From an uncultured virus (IMG/VR IMGVR_UViG_3300032030_000023) (lineage: Duplodnaviria; Heunggongvirae; Uroviricota; Caudoviricetes): a stretch of DNA of 64,000 bases. The stretch spans positions 1 to 64,000 of IMG/VR virus record IMGVR_UViG_3300032030_000023; one strand, given 5' to 3'. A program made the position numbers and the translations under genes. Below are positions 1 to 10,460 of the stretch, piece after piece. The stretch's first letter is position 1. Every line of letters starts with the position of its first letter. The notes beneath the pieces were generated by a model, which was given only the letters and a program-made list of their open reading frames with translations, did not search any database and was not told the DNA's origin.

Positions 1-43
1 TATAGATATAATCTTAAACACATTTTTTAAAGAGAATAAATTC

Positions 44-709
44 ATGTCTTATACAACAGATCAAATCATTATACCATCATTAATAAATAATTCTTTATAT
101 GTAACATTATATCCAGGTACTTATTATTTATTTATAAAAGGATCAGGAAAAGCAGAAAAAACATTATACAGAAATAATGGTACTGGTAAAGCATGGAAAG
201 CAACAGCTATAAAAGGTAAAGGTTGGTCTGGTACATTTAAAATAACAAAAGAAACTACAGGACATTTTTATTCAGGTGATGTTAATGATATAAGTTATTT
301 TGATATATTAGTTAAACCAACAGTAAGCACTGATTTTTCTCAATTAGAAAATGTATTATCACAAATAACAAATGAAAAATTAAAACAAATAGCAGAAGAT
401 CAAGGTGAATATTCAACAGTAGAATCACCATCCTTAGAATATATATCAGAACAATTAAGTATGACACAAGAACAAACACAATCTCTATTATCTGATTATA
501 CATATGCACAAGGAAAATATACTCGTCTAATATTAGCAGGAAGAGATATGTATAACTACTTTACAAATAATAAACAACCTGTTAATATAAGCAAAGATTG
601 GGCTAATAATTTACTTTACACAAACTATACTGGAACTAATACTATGTCAGATTTACCTTCAGATATACCAGAAGATACAGGCTTTATATATTTAAAATAT
701 AAAGGATAG
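44..709 (+). CDS. hypothetical protein, possibly virion-associated
   Basis: 221-aa ORF in the structural region; no recognised motif. Confidence 0.5.
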   Translation: MSYTTDQIIIPSLINNSLYVTLYPGTYYLFIKGSGKAEKTLYRNNGTGKAWKATAIKGKGWSGTFKITKETTGHFYSGDVNDISYFDILVKPTVSTDFSQLENVLSQITNEKLKQIAEDQGEYSTVESPSLEYISEQLSMTQEQTQSLLSDYTYAQGKYTRLILAGRDMYNYFTNNKQPVNISKDWANNLLYTNYTGTNTMSDLPSDIPEDTGFIYLKYKG

Positions 710-715
710 TAACTC

Positions 716-1579
716 GTGAAAAAATGGACAGAAGAAATAGAACAATTATTAAAAAATTGCTTAAATGAAGGATTTTCAATAAATATATTTGAATCATGTA
801 AATATTACAAAAACGGTATAAATAACTTATTAGAATCACTAACAGATGAAGACTTTGATAAACTTTTAACAGAAGTAAACTTAGATCTAGATGAATATAT
901 TTTACATAAAGCTAAAGATTATTATAATGCAATAACTAAATTTACACCTACTCTACTAAATACAAAACCAAAACAGTATATATTAGATAGCAAGTTAAAT
1001 TTAAAACTATTATATGAAGTGAATGAAATTAATAAAATAGGTAAAAAGAATTTAGCAAAATATGATCCTCTTTCAAATTCTATTACTTTATTTATTCTAA
1101 ACGATAAAGGTCTTGTTGATTATATGTCATTAGCTTTACTTTCTGATAAAATGTTCTATGATGCTATTGTACATGAATTTACACATAATGTAGATTTTGA
1201 AAATATACTAACAAATCATATAGATGCACTTTTTGGTAATAATTTAAGAAACAATAAAGAACCAGAAAATGGTGTTATGGAAGTAAATGCTTTTTCTACT
1301 CAATTAATAAGTGCTTTAGATAAATATGTATATATCAACTTTAATAAAAAAATTGCTTCAATTGGTAAAAATGCAACAATAGAACAACTACATTCAATAA
1401 TAAAACAAACACTACAAGAATTTGTGAATAATGAATACAATAGTAATAATGTTATTATCGCACTTTCTATTTTCAAAAAACTATCAAGAAAAAATAAAAG
1501 AAAAGTAATTAAACATGTATATATGTATTTTACAGAACAGTTTTTAAAATCATATCCATTCTTTAAACCAGACCTATAA
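716..1579 (+). CDS. HEXXH (zincin-like) putative metallopeptidase
   Basis: AIVHEFTH plus downstream EVNAF; paralogue of the next ORF. Confidence 0.55.
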   Translation: MKKWTEEIEQLLKNCLNEGFSINIFESCKYYKNGINNLLESLTDEDFDKLLTEVNLDLDEYILHKAKDYYNAITKFTPTLLNTKPKQYILDSKLNLKLLYEVNEINKIGKKNLAKYDPLSNSITLFILNDKGLVDYMSLALLSDKMFYDAIVHEFTHNVDFENILTNHIDALFGNNLRNNKEPENGVMEVNAFSTQLISALDKYVYINFNKKIASIGKNATIEQLHSIIKQTLQEFVNNEYNSNNVIIALSIFKKLSRKNKRKVIKHVYMYFTEQFLKSYPFFKPDL

Positions 1580-1599
1580 AAAAAAGAAAGGATAAACTT

Positions 1600-2451
1600 A
1601 TGATTTTATTTAATCTAATCGAATCTTGTTTATTTATAGAAAATTACAAGATAGCAGAACAAAAGTATCTTGATAAAATATTAATAGAAGATATTAACAA
1701 AATACTACATGAAGCAGATATATTACAAGACAAAATCTATATAGATATAGCTAAAGATATTGTAGAAGATATTAAAACACAATATATGAACTATATTAAT
1801 AACAAACCATCTAGATTAGTGAAAGAAGATACATTTACATATACATTAACTCCAAAAAATAATAAATATCCAACAATAAGATTAAACTATCATGTACTAA
1901 TGCTAGGATCTGAAATGATAACTTATATACCATCTCAAGATACTATAGAACTTAATATAATGGATTTAGATCAAAACACAAACCTAATCTTCAGTGATAT
2001 AGCATTACAATTCTTCAAAACAAATAAAATACAAGAAGCAATAGTACATGAATTAACACATAGAGAAGATCTATATAAAAGATCTACAAATAATACTAAC
2101 TACGTTAAAACAAAAACACCACAAACAAATAACAACTTCATAAATTACACTAATGATCCTTTAGAAGTTTCAGCTTTTACAAAACAACTTATCACAAATA
2201 TAGAAAATTATCTAAAAGATGCATACAATATACGTCTATACTCACAAGGACCAAAAATAAATCCTCAAGAAATATTTAACACAATAAACGAATATATAAA
2301 TACACTACTAAATAATAAATCTCTAGGTAATTCTAATATATCAGTCTTTTTAAATGCTCTATCACCTAAAAACAAAAAGAAAGTCTATAAAGAACTATTC
2401 AAATATTTTAGCCAAATCTTTATTAATCAATATCCAATCATAAATGCATAA
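1600..2451 (+). CDS. HEXXH (zincin-like) putative metallopeptidase
   Basis: AIVHELTH plus YTNDPLEVSAF; tandem paralogue of 716..1579. Confidence 0.55.
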   Translation: MILFNLIESCLFIENYKIAEQKYLDKILIEDINKILHEADILQDKIYIDIAKDIVEDIKTQYMNYINNKPSRLVKEDTFTYTLTPKNNKYPTIRLNYHVLMLGSEMITYIPSQDTIELNIMDLDQNTNLIFSDIALQFFKTNKIQEAIVHELTHREDLYKRSTNNTNYVKTKTPQTNNNFINYTNDPLEVSAFTKQLITNIENYLKDAYNIRLYSQGPKINPQEIFNTINEYINTLLNNKSLGNSNISVFLNALSPKNKKKVYKELFKYFSQIFINQYPIINA

Positions 2452-2531
2452 AAAAGAAATGAGACTACAGTAATTAAACCATAATCTCATCTCTCTTATC
2501 TCACTCTAAAACGCGAGCTTCCCAAGACTTA

Positions 2532-3590
2532 TTAATTGAAGAATCTCTTACTAAATCTCTTTTCTTCTTTCGTTTCAGCAATGAAGTTATCTGCGTCCAC
2601 AGATTCCTTCATACATCCGCAATAAACTCCGTATTTGGAATCGAACGGACGAACACACTCATGAACTGCCGGCATTTTGAAAGACTCAACAATCATACGA
2701 ATCTTATCTTCAGCCAAACCAGCCTCTTCAAGAGTTTTAGTCATTTCTAAGTAATCTGCACCTGTTTTTTTAGACTCTTCATATTTACCAAGACATGCTT
2801 CAACAACATCATCCATATCATCGAATTCCATATCTGTCATAACAGGTTCAGCTTCTGTAGAAAATGCATCCATAGATTCAGCATCTTCAAACTCATTCTC
2901 TACAAATAATGTACCACGGTTAGTAGCTTTATCGAATTTACCAATGAATTTAGCAGATTCATTCAAAGCTAACTCAGTCTCACCAGGTTGTAATGAACCC
3001 TTACGAGCAGAAACAGCTTCACAGAATGCTTTATAATCTTCAAAAGATTCCATAACAACTTTCTGACATTTAATACGAGACATAGTTAAAGGCTCAGCTT
3101 CATCAGCAATCAAAACAGACTCACAAGCTACAGTCTTAGCAGGATTAATTCTGTTTTCAGCAATTTTACCAAGCTTACTGTCTACTGATTCTTCAGCAGG
3201 TTCAACTTCAGCAACTTCAACATCATCATTACCTTCTTCATTAGAAGATAAGTCTTCAATAGTATCTTCGATATTTCCAGAATCCAAAACCGAATCTAAA
3301 GCCGGTTTCTGAATGAAATTTACATCTGCCAACTCATCTGCAGATGCAACTACGTCAGAAACTCTCTTAGCGATTTCAGGATCAGAGATAACGACGACAG
3401 CTGCTGATCCAGTGTTTACACCAAGGTCACCATCTGGAGTCGCACCCATCTCAATCTCATCACCAACTTCTAATTCTGTGTCGCCATCCTCTGCTTCTAA
3501 AATCATTTTACGAGTTACAATATATTTATTTTTGCTTTCTAATAAACGTTGAAAAGCGTTTCTAGCAGCTAATCTTTTCAAATATTTCAT
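2532..3590 (-). CDS. acidic putative head/scaffold or internal virion protein
   Basis: very D/E-rich with repeated L/I-x-E motifs; GTTCTA motif upstream (~3682, minus strand). Confidence 0.45.
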   Translation of the reverse strand: MKYLKRLAARNAFQRLLESKNKYIVTRKMILEAEDGDTELEVGDEIEMGATPDGDLGVNTGSAAVVVISDPEIAKRVSDVVASADELADVNFIQKPALDSVLDSGNIEDTIEDLSSNEEGNDDVEVAEVEPAEESVDSKLGKIAENRINPAKTVACESVLIADEAEPLTMSRIKCQKVVMESFEDYKAFCEAVSARKGSLQPGETELALNESAKFIGKFDKATNRGTLFVENEFEDAESMDAFSTEAEPVMTDMEFDDMDDVVEACLGKYEESKKTGADYLEMTKTLEEAGLAEDKIRMIVESFKMPAVHECVRPFDSKYGVYCGCMKESVDADNFIAETKEEKRFSKRFFN

Positions 3591-3822
3591 TTATAATCAC
3601 CTTTAAATAGAAAATAAAAAAATTTTTAACAAATATAAACTAGATAAATTTTAATAAGGTAAACTAGAAAATATTTACTTTATAGAACTATTTATTTTTA
3701 GGAAGACTATCATACCATAACATAAATTCTTCCATTGTAAAGAATTCAATCCAATTTAAGTTATTTTTCTAGTTCTAATAATTATCCTTTTAAAGTTTTC
3801 TAAGGGGATAATTATGCAAATT

Positions 3823-3859
3823 GGAGATTTATAGAATATTCTGTAAGTCTCCTTTTTTT
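3823..3859 (+). terminator. intrinsic terminator
   Basis: ggagatttatagaat / attctgtaagtctcc stem followed by T7. Confidence 0.65.
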
Positions 3860-3909
3860 AGTTCTAATATATTGCATAATTATTAAAAACAAATATAGGA
3901 AACTTTAAT

Positions 3910-4773
3910 ATGATTATAAAAATTACACAAGAAGAATTTGACGAATTATATCTCAAACAGCACTTATCAACTCGTGAAATTGCTAAAATTTACAAAGTAA
4001 GTATTGCAACATTTTTAAGACATCTTAAGCGTAATAATGTAGAATATATTATAAAGTCAGGTAATACTTCAAATTATAAACGTTGTTGTAAAGAATGTGG
4101 AAAAGAATTTATATCACATAGTCCTAGTAGTATGTTTTGTTCTGATATATGTAGTAAGCATTATTGTAAAAAACATGGTCCAATTCGCAAATTAAAACCT
4201 AGAAGAACAAACAATTGTAATCCTTGGAATAAAGGTAAAAAATGCCCTGAATTAGCAGGTAAGAATAATCCATTTTATGGTAAAACACATTCTAAAGAAA
4301 CTTGTGAATTAATATCTAAAAAAGTAAAAGAAAGTCGTAAAAATAGAGATTATACTATAAAGAGCAAAGAAGAAGTTTATATAGGTATAATGTTATATAC
4401 TAAATTTCCAAATGTACAAACACAATATATGTCAAAAGAATATCCAAATTTTTGTGATTTTTATATTCCAACATACGATTTATATATTGAATATAAAGGA
4501 TTTTGGACGCATGGTATTCAAGGAGCCAAAATATTTGGTAATTTTGATTCAAACAATCCAGAACATTTACAATTATTAGCAAAATGGCAAGAAAAAGCAG
4601 TAAATGATAACTTTTATAAAAATGCTATAGATACTTGGACGGTTAAAGATCCGGAAAAGATCAAAAATGTTAAAAGTAATAACTTAAATTATATAGAATG
4701 GTATACTATAAAAGAATTTAAAGTATGGTTTAATGATCAAGACGGTTTAAAACTATTACCATATTATAATTAA
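3910..4773 (+). CDS. free-standing homing endonuclease-like protein (Zn-finger, NUMOD3, PD-(D/E)xK/Vsr-like C-terminus)
   Basis: CKECG..FCSDIC; NNPFYGKTHSKET; DFYIPTYDLYIEYKGFWTHG. Confidence 0.7.
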   Translation: MIIKITQEEFDELYLKQHLSTREIAKIYKVSIATFLRHLKRNNVEYIIKSGNTSNYKRCCKECGKEFISHSPSSMFCSDICSKHYCKKHGPIRKLKPRRTNNCNPWNKGKKCPELAGKNNPFYGKTHSKETCELISKKVKESRKNRDYTIKSKEEVYIGIMLYTKFPNVQTQYMSKEYPNFCDFYIPTYDLYIEYKGFWTHGIQGAKIFGNFDSNNPEHLQLLAKWQEKAVNDNFYKNAIDTWTVKDPEKIKNVKSNNLNYIEWYTIKEFKVWFNDQDGLKLLPYYN

Positions 4774-4948
4774 TACATATGCCCTGATATTTATGCATCA
4801 TCTTTATGTAGTAGTTTAATAAGTCAACCTTATACAAAATTCCAATAATTTCAGAGTTCTAACAAATAGTAAGTTTAAAATTAATTAAACTACTTTGTTA
4901 ACAAAGATGAAAATGAATAAAAACTAAAATTAGATAGGATTAATCAAG

Positions 4949-6910
4949 ATGATGCATAAATTCCCGGGCGTCTATAGCCAAATTAATGATCAGTCTCAGA
5001 TTCTGACAGATTACTACACGACTTCATTAGGATGTGTAGGTGAAAGTCAGTATGGTGTGATCGATCAGCCGGTATTATATACAAGTGCAGCTGAATGGAT
5101 CAATTTATTTGGTGCTGCTGATAGTAAGTATGGAATGGCTCCGTTCTTTTGTACTTCTATTTCTACTGCTATTCCGAATAGTTATTTTGTACGTGTAGTT
5201 AATAAAGGTAATCCTGAAGATGAAGATCGTTCTAATAATGCTAAGTGGGGTTCATCTGCTTGTATGGTTAGAGGATATACAGGAGAAGCTTTAGAGAGTG
5301 CTGGATATTACTACGAAGAGATCAAATCTTTTGAAGAAGCAAGAGATAATGGTATTGATAGTGGTTTATTCTCACCTACAGATTTAAATACTGCTTTCGT
5401 TATCGCAGCTATTTCACCAGATAATCGTAAGTTATACTATACTGTTACTGATACTACTAATACTTCTTTAAATAGAGGATATGCAATTAGTAATATTACT
5501 GTAGTACCTTCTAATGAATCTGGAAGCGGTGAAGAAAGTACTTTAGTTAAATTAGTAACTTCTAAAGATATTATGGAAGATATCTATGATGGATGTTCTA
5601 TTGTTGTTAAACGTATGTCTAATAGTGATATGAATGGTACATTTAAATTAACTAACTACGTAGAAAATGAAGATAATGTAGAATTAACATATATTATCAA
5701 TAAAGAAATTAATAACGTAGTAGCTAACCATAATGAAAATGTAGCTATCTATCCTTCAGTAGAAAATACAACATTTGCTTTAAGTATCTTTGAAAAAACA
5801 GGTAAAGTATACCAAGCGGTAGAAACATATAACGAATGTACCTTATTCAATCATAAAGATGGTTATGGTAACTCTACTTACTTAGAAGACGTTATCAATG
5901 GTACATCTAACTATATCCAAGTATTCGTTAATGAAAACTTCGCTAAAAACGATATCTTAGAACAACCTGAAGTATCAGAAAACTATATCCCATTAGAGGG
6001 AGGTTCTGCTGGTAAATTTACTAACCAAGAAGAAAAATTTGTAGCTATCGCAAACGCTTTCGAAGCCTACAGAGATAGAACTCAAGTTACAGTATCTCTC
6101 TTGTCTGACTGCGGTTACGTAACAAAATCAGATACAAGAGTACAACAAAAAATGCTCGAAATTGCTGAGGCTAGACGTGACTGCTTCTGCGTATTCTCTA
6201 CTCCTACAACAGAAAATACAGTAGACAATATCATCGACTGGAGAAATAACATCCAAGCAATGGATACATACAGAGGTGCTCTCTACGGCTCTACAGTCAA
6301 AGCATACGACGCAATCAACGGCAAATCAAACTTCATGGTACCTTCATCACTCTATGCCCTAAAAATTATGGGAGAGAATAACCAGTTTGTAGCCGCCGCT
6401 GGACTAAATCGCGGTGTGCTAGCTAGTTCAGTGGTGACTCCAATGGGCTTGAGTTTATATGTTAATGAGGTACAAGGTGGTAGATTGTATACTGATAACC
6501 AAGTTAATATGACGATTAAGTCTCCTACTGGTGGTTATGTAATTTGGGGTCAACGTACATTACAGAAGCAAGCTAGTGCATTAGACAGAATTAATGTTGC
6601 TCGTACTATCATCTATATTGAGACAGTTATGAGAGATGCATTACGCTGGTTCTTATTTGAAGTTAATGACTCTTATACAAGAACACAGATTGCATTACAG
6701 TTGTCTTCGTTCTTAGATACAGTAGTTGCTGCTAATGGTATTCAAAGTTACAATGTTAAATGTGACAATGAAAACAATCCGCAGGCTGTAATTGCGAAAA
6801 ATCAACTGAATGTTGACGTAACAGTAGTTCCATCGTATGTTATTGAAGCGATTGAGCTTTCAATGAACATATCGAATGGTATCGCAACTGTTACAGTTAA
6901 CGGTCGATAA
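4949..6910 (+). CDS. contractile tail sheath protein (T4 gp18-like)
   Basis: N-terminal FPGVYS; AGLNRG; VIWGQRTLQ..SALDRINVAR; FEVND..TR; CDNENN C-terminal motifs. Confidence 0.92.
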   Translation: MMHKFPGVYSQINDQSQILTDYYTTSLGCVGESQYGVIDQPVLYTSAAEWINLFGAADSKYGMAPFFCTSISTAIPNSYFVRVVNKGNPEDEDRSNNAKWGSSACMVRGYTGEALESAGYYYEEIKSFEEARDNGIDSGLFSPTDLNTAFVIAAISPDNRKLYYTVTDTTNTSLNRGYAISNITVVPSNESGSGEESTLVKLVTSKDIMEDIYDGCSIVVKRMSNSDMNGTFKLTNYVENEDNVELTYIINKEINNVVANHNENVAIYPSVENTTFALSIFEKTGKVYQAVETYNECTLFNHKDGYGNSTYLEDVINGTSNYIQVFVNENFAKNDILEQPEVSENYIPLEGGSAGKFTNQEEKFVAIANAFEAYRDRTQVTVSLLSDCGYVTKSDTRVQQKMLEIAEARRDCFCVFSTPTTENTVDNIIDWRNNIQAMDTYRGALYGSTVKAYDAINGKSNFMVPSSLYALKIMGENNQFVAAAGLNRGVLASSVVTPMGLSLYVNEVQGGRLYTDNQVNMTIKSPTGGYVIWGQRTLQKQASALDRINVARTIIYIETVMRDALRWFLFEVNDSYTRTQIALQLSSFLDTVVAANGIQSYNVKCDNENNPQAVIAKNQLNVDVTVVPSYVIEAIELSMNISNGIATVTVNGR

Positions 6911-6932
6911 TTGATTTTTAACATAATTTTTC

Positions 6933-6969
6933 AGAAAGTCCTCAATTAATTTTGGGGATTTTCTTTTTT
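6933..6969 (+). terminator. intrinsic terminator after tail sheath
   Basis: agaaagtcctcaa / ttggggattttct stem plus T-run. Confidence 0.75.
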
Positions 6970-7183
6970 ATACAGTTCTATATAATGTAGTAATAGCGAT
7001 ATATTTCGTTATCGTTTTATTTCTAATACTAATAAATTAAAGTAACGATTTCTTTTCAAATGAGTTTTTGTAAGTAATAGCGATATATAGCAGAAATACT
7101 CATAAATAATAACAATATATAGTATTTAGAAATATAGTATAAATTATTCCAAATAACGTTAGTTTTAAGGAATAATTATAGCT

Positions 7184-7657
7184 ATGTCATTATATAAAGG
7201 AAATACAGAAATAGGAGCAATATATCATGGAAGTACTGAAATAAGTAAAATATATAAAGGCAGTACTCTAATATATGAAAAAGTAAGTAAACCTTTATAC
7301 TATTGTTATAAATATAATCAAGTTTATTATAACAATACATATGTTTTAACAATATATAAATCACCTGATAATAATACACTTTATATGAACAGTAATGCAA
7401 CAACTACTAAAGATGTAAAAAGCAATGTAATAACATATCGAACATACACAACAAATTCTAATTCATTAACTCAATTAACTGCTAAAACAAAGTTTTTTAC
7501 AGTAAAGAATTATAGAGGTAGTATTGTAATGAGTTTGATTTTTCATAAGTCTAAAACAATTACTGATTCTAATTGTGTACTTTCATTTTATGACGAAAAT
7601 GATGAGCTTGTTGATATTACTCTTAATAGAGATAGTAACAATGATTTATATTCATAA
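7184..7657 (+). CDS. putative distal fibre-tip/receptor-binding protein
   Basis: N-terminal triple repeat LYKGNTEI-GAIYHGSTEI-SKIYKGSTLI resembling docking segments of phage tip proteins; located in the fibre cluster. Confidence 0.5.
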   Translation: MSLYKGNTEIGAIYHGSTEISKIYKGSTLIYEKVSKPLYYCYKYNQVYYNNTYVLTIYKSPDNNTLYMNSNATTTKDVKSNVITYRTYTTNSNSLTQLTAKTKFFTVKNYRGSIVMSLIFHKSKTITDSNCVLSFYDENDELVDITLNRDSNNDLYS

Positions 7658-7756
7658 ATAAAAATATTTTGTCATTTATTATTTGTTTATACAGTTCTAT
7701 ATAGAGTATAATTTTTTAATGATAACGTTATTTTTTAAAAATTGTAGAGGTAATAA

Positions 7757-8185
7757 ATGTCAGATAATACTGAAGATACTTGGGTATTTAATTATGGAGA
7801 TAAGATTGAGTATTTAGATTGTACTCGTGATCTTCATTTTGAAGCTGCAAGACGCTGGGCAATGGATCACGGTGTTAGTTTCGAAGAAGATGAAAGCTTA
7901 CGTACTCATAAAATAGTACAAGAAGAATATACTGAAATGGAAACTAAAACTAAAAAAGTAATTGTACCAGCCGTTACTCATGAAGAAGAAGTTGAAGAAA
8001 CAGATGAAGAAGGTAATGTTGTTAAAAAGACCATTACAGTAGTTGATTCTGAAGAACATGAAGAAGAACAGATGAGTGAAGAAGAAGTTACTAAAACTCG
8101 TGATGTTGATCAATTATGGCGTTATTGGTTTATTGGTACATTACCAGAACCTGCAAATGAAGATGAAGAAGAATCAGGTAATTAG
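7757..8185 (+). CDS. tail fibre assembly/chaperone-like acidic protein
   Basis: FEAARRWAMDHGVSFEED segment; acidic; adjacent to fibre A; ends EDEEESG like the fragment at 16352. Confidence 0.4.
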   Translation: MSDNTEDTWVFNYGDKIEYLDCTRDLHFEAARRWAMDHGVSFEEDESLRTHKIVQEEYTEMETKTKKVIVPAVTHEEEVEETDEEGNVVKKTITVVDSEEHEEEQMSEEEVTKTRDVDQLWRYWFIGTLPEPANEDEEESGN

Positions 8186-8214
8186 CTTTTAATATTTTTT
8201 CAATTACTCCTAGG

Positions 8215-8247
8215 AAAGACTTAACTTTAGATAGTTAGGTCTTTTTT
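8215..8247 (+). terminator. intrinsic terminator directly upstream of the fibre A leader
   Basis: aaagacttaact / agttaggtcttt stem plus T-run. Confidence 0.7.
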
Positions 8248-8284
8248 ATTATATTATTTAGGTCTACTTTGTGTCGTTTATATG

Positions 8285-8309
8285 AATCTATAATATACCT
8301 AAACTAGAG
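8285..8309 (+). repeat. 25-bp inverted repeat (fibre A leader), partner 19844-19868
   Basis: aatctataatatacctaaactagag is the exact reverse complement of 19844-19868. Confidence 0.9.
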
Positions 8310-8327
8310 CGTAGGAAATAGACACAA

Positions 8328-10460
8328 ATGCCAACATCACTCTCAAATATCACTGTTAAAGATTCTGCACATTCTCTTGTAATCAAATCAAACGATATTA
8401 CTATTGATGGTACTAGTATACTTGGACAAAATAATTTTGTCACTCTTGATACAGCACAAACGATTTTGGGTAAAAAAACATTTAGTACTGAAATTATTCA
8501 AAATAAATCAACAAGTGGATATACAGGTTTTTATTCACAAAATACGGCTATTACAAGAGGAACCACTCCTTCTTCAAATTCTGGTATTACTATAGGATTA
8601 CAAGATTCAACGGGATTAAATTCATCTGGAAGATTAGCTGCATTTCAATTACAGTATAATACAGATGGTAATATACAAGCGTCTATGATAGCTGGTGAAC
8701 CAGTCTCAGGTAGTAGTGATAATGCGAGAATTAGTTTATTTAATACTGCTACGGGTACAGCTTATACATCAGCTCCAACACCTATGGAAGATACAACCAC
8801 ATCAAAACAAATTGATACTGTAGGTGCAAGAAATACTAAATTATATAAAGGAATTACTAACTGTATTACATATATCCCGCAAGACATTAAGTTAGAGATA
8901 AACTCAAATGGGAAAGCTGTATTAAAGGCAGGGAGTAAGGTTTATGTACCGAATGGGTTTACAGGAACAACACCAAAATTTGATGTTAATACTATTGCTA
9001 GTGATATTACTTATAATTTTCAATCATCACAGAATGGAAAATATTTACTAGCAAACCATAACAACGGACAAAATGCTGGCTGGTCTAAAGCTAACCTAGC
9101 GGAAAGTGGAACGAGTACAGAATCAAATACTTCATTTTATTATAGAACAGATGATAATAAAGTATATTATCTAAATGATTCTTCAGGCGGTATTTACACA
9201 CTTCCTTTGGCTATTGTAAATTTAACAAATGGTGTTGCAACTATAGATCAAGTCTTTAACGGCTTTGGTTATATTGGTTCAACAGCATTTGCACTTCCTG
9301 GAGTTAAAGGACTTATACCTAATGGCAGAAATGAAGATGGAAGTTTGAAGAATATTGAGTTTATAACAAGTACAGTATATACGAGAAATTTAACACAAAC
9401 TGGTACATACTATATGGGATTAACAGTATCAGGAATTGCAGTGTCAAATTTAACAAATAGCTCATATAATGAAAATGAAAACATAAATTATTCAGGGACA
9501 GTTAAATGGTTTGCTTCTCCATATTGTATTTGTCTTTTATCATCAGGTGTCATTACATCTCTCACTCCTAAAACCCCATTCCACGCAGTTGATTATAATG
9601 ACTTTTCAGACTTGAAAGATATTGTAGATAACACTGTGAAGCTGACAGGTAACCAGACCATTAATGGGGCTAAAACATTTACTGCTTCACCCGTTATAAG
9701 TAATAACATTACTGATACTTCATTATTTTTTAAAGATACAGGTATTGCTTCAAATTCAACAGTACCTACAGCTGACAGATTACGTTCTTTTAGAGTTATG
9801 GCGAATGACAATACGATATTAGGAGACGTAAGATTCGTTAGACAGTCATCAGGAAATGTAACATCACAACTAACTTGTAGAAAAGTTATAGATGGAACTC
9901 AATATAATTCTGCAGTAACAGCAAATGTTTCATCAACAGGTATTATATACGGAACTTGTCCAACGCCTCCGGCTGTTTCTAATACAACTGATGCTTATAT
10001 AGCAACAACAGCATGGTGTAATGACCCAATAAAAAGTACTAATGTAGTTCATAGAAATGGTAATGAAACCATTGGTGGTACAAAGACATTTAATACTACT
10101 TATACATCATTCAAAGGAACAGCCATTGATATTACAAATGCAAAAACTACACAAAATGATGTAGGGATAAACTGGCTAGATAAAAATGGAACAGTTTTAG
10201 GACAAAATCATATTAGAACAGACACTACAGGCTCTGTTGCAAATAGTATGTATATCAAAGCTCATAATAGCAATAGTTGGGTGAGTATCACTGTCGGTTT
10301 TGATACTAATGATAATGTCTATACACATGCTCCGACGCCAGCTGTTTCTAGTAATAATACTAATATAGCAACTACGGCTTATGTAAACAATAAGTTTCAA
10401 GTTGTATCTGCACTACCAGCTTCTCCTGATAGTAATGTTTTCTACTTTATACCAGCTTAG
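8328..10460 (+). CDS. tail fibre protein A
   Basis: T/S/N/G-rich with VxLTGNQTIxGxKTF and PTP..IATT repeats; conserved N-terminus MPTSLSNITVKD and C-terminus QVVSALPASPDSNVFYFIPA. Confidence 0.85.
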   Translation: MPTSLSNITVKDSAHSLVIKSNDITIDGTSILGQNNFVTLDTAQTILGKKTFSTEIIQNKSTSGYTGFYSQNTAITRGTTPSSNSGITIGLQDSTGLNSSGRLAAFQLQYNTDGNIQASMIAGEPVSGSSDNARISLFNTATGTAYTSAPTPMEDTTTSKQIDTVGARNTKLYKGITNCITYIPQDIKLEINSNGKAVLKAGSKVYVPNGFTGTTPKFDVNTIASDITYNFQSSQNGKYLLANHNNGQNAGWSKANLAESGTSTESNTSFYYRTDDNKVYYLNDSSGGIYTLPLAIVNLTNGVATIDQVFNGFGYIGSTAFALPGVKGLIPNGRNEDGSLKNIEFITSTVYTRNLTQTGTYYMGLTVSGIAVSNLTNSSYNENENINYSGTVKWFASPYCICLLSSGVITSLTPKTPFHAVDYNDFSDLKDIVDNTVKLTGNQTINGAKTFTASPVISNNITDTSLFFKDTGIASNSTVPTADRLRSFRVMANDNTILGDVRFVRQSSGNVTSQLTCRKVIDGTQYNSAVTANVSSTGIIYGTCPTPPAVSNTTDAYIATTAWCNDPIKSTNVVHRNGNETIGGTKTFNTTYTSFKGTAIDITNAKTTQNDVGINWLDKNGTVLGQNHIRTDTTGSVANSMYIKAHNSNSWVSITVGFDTNDNVYTHAPTPAVSSNNTNIATTAYVNNKFQVVSALPASPDSNVFYFIPA

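Noticed and set aside
7035..7046. 12-bp match aattaaagtaac to the fibre E leader as a seventh recombination site
   Set aside because: Too short and AT-rich to distinguish from chance.
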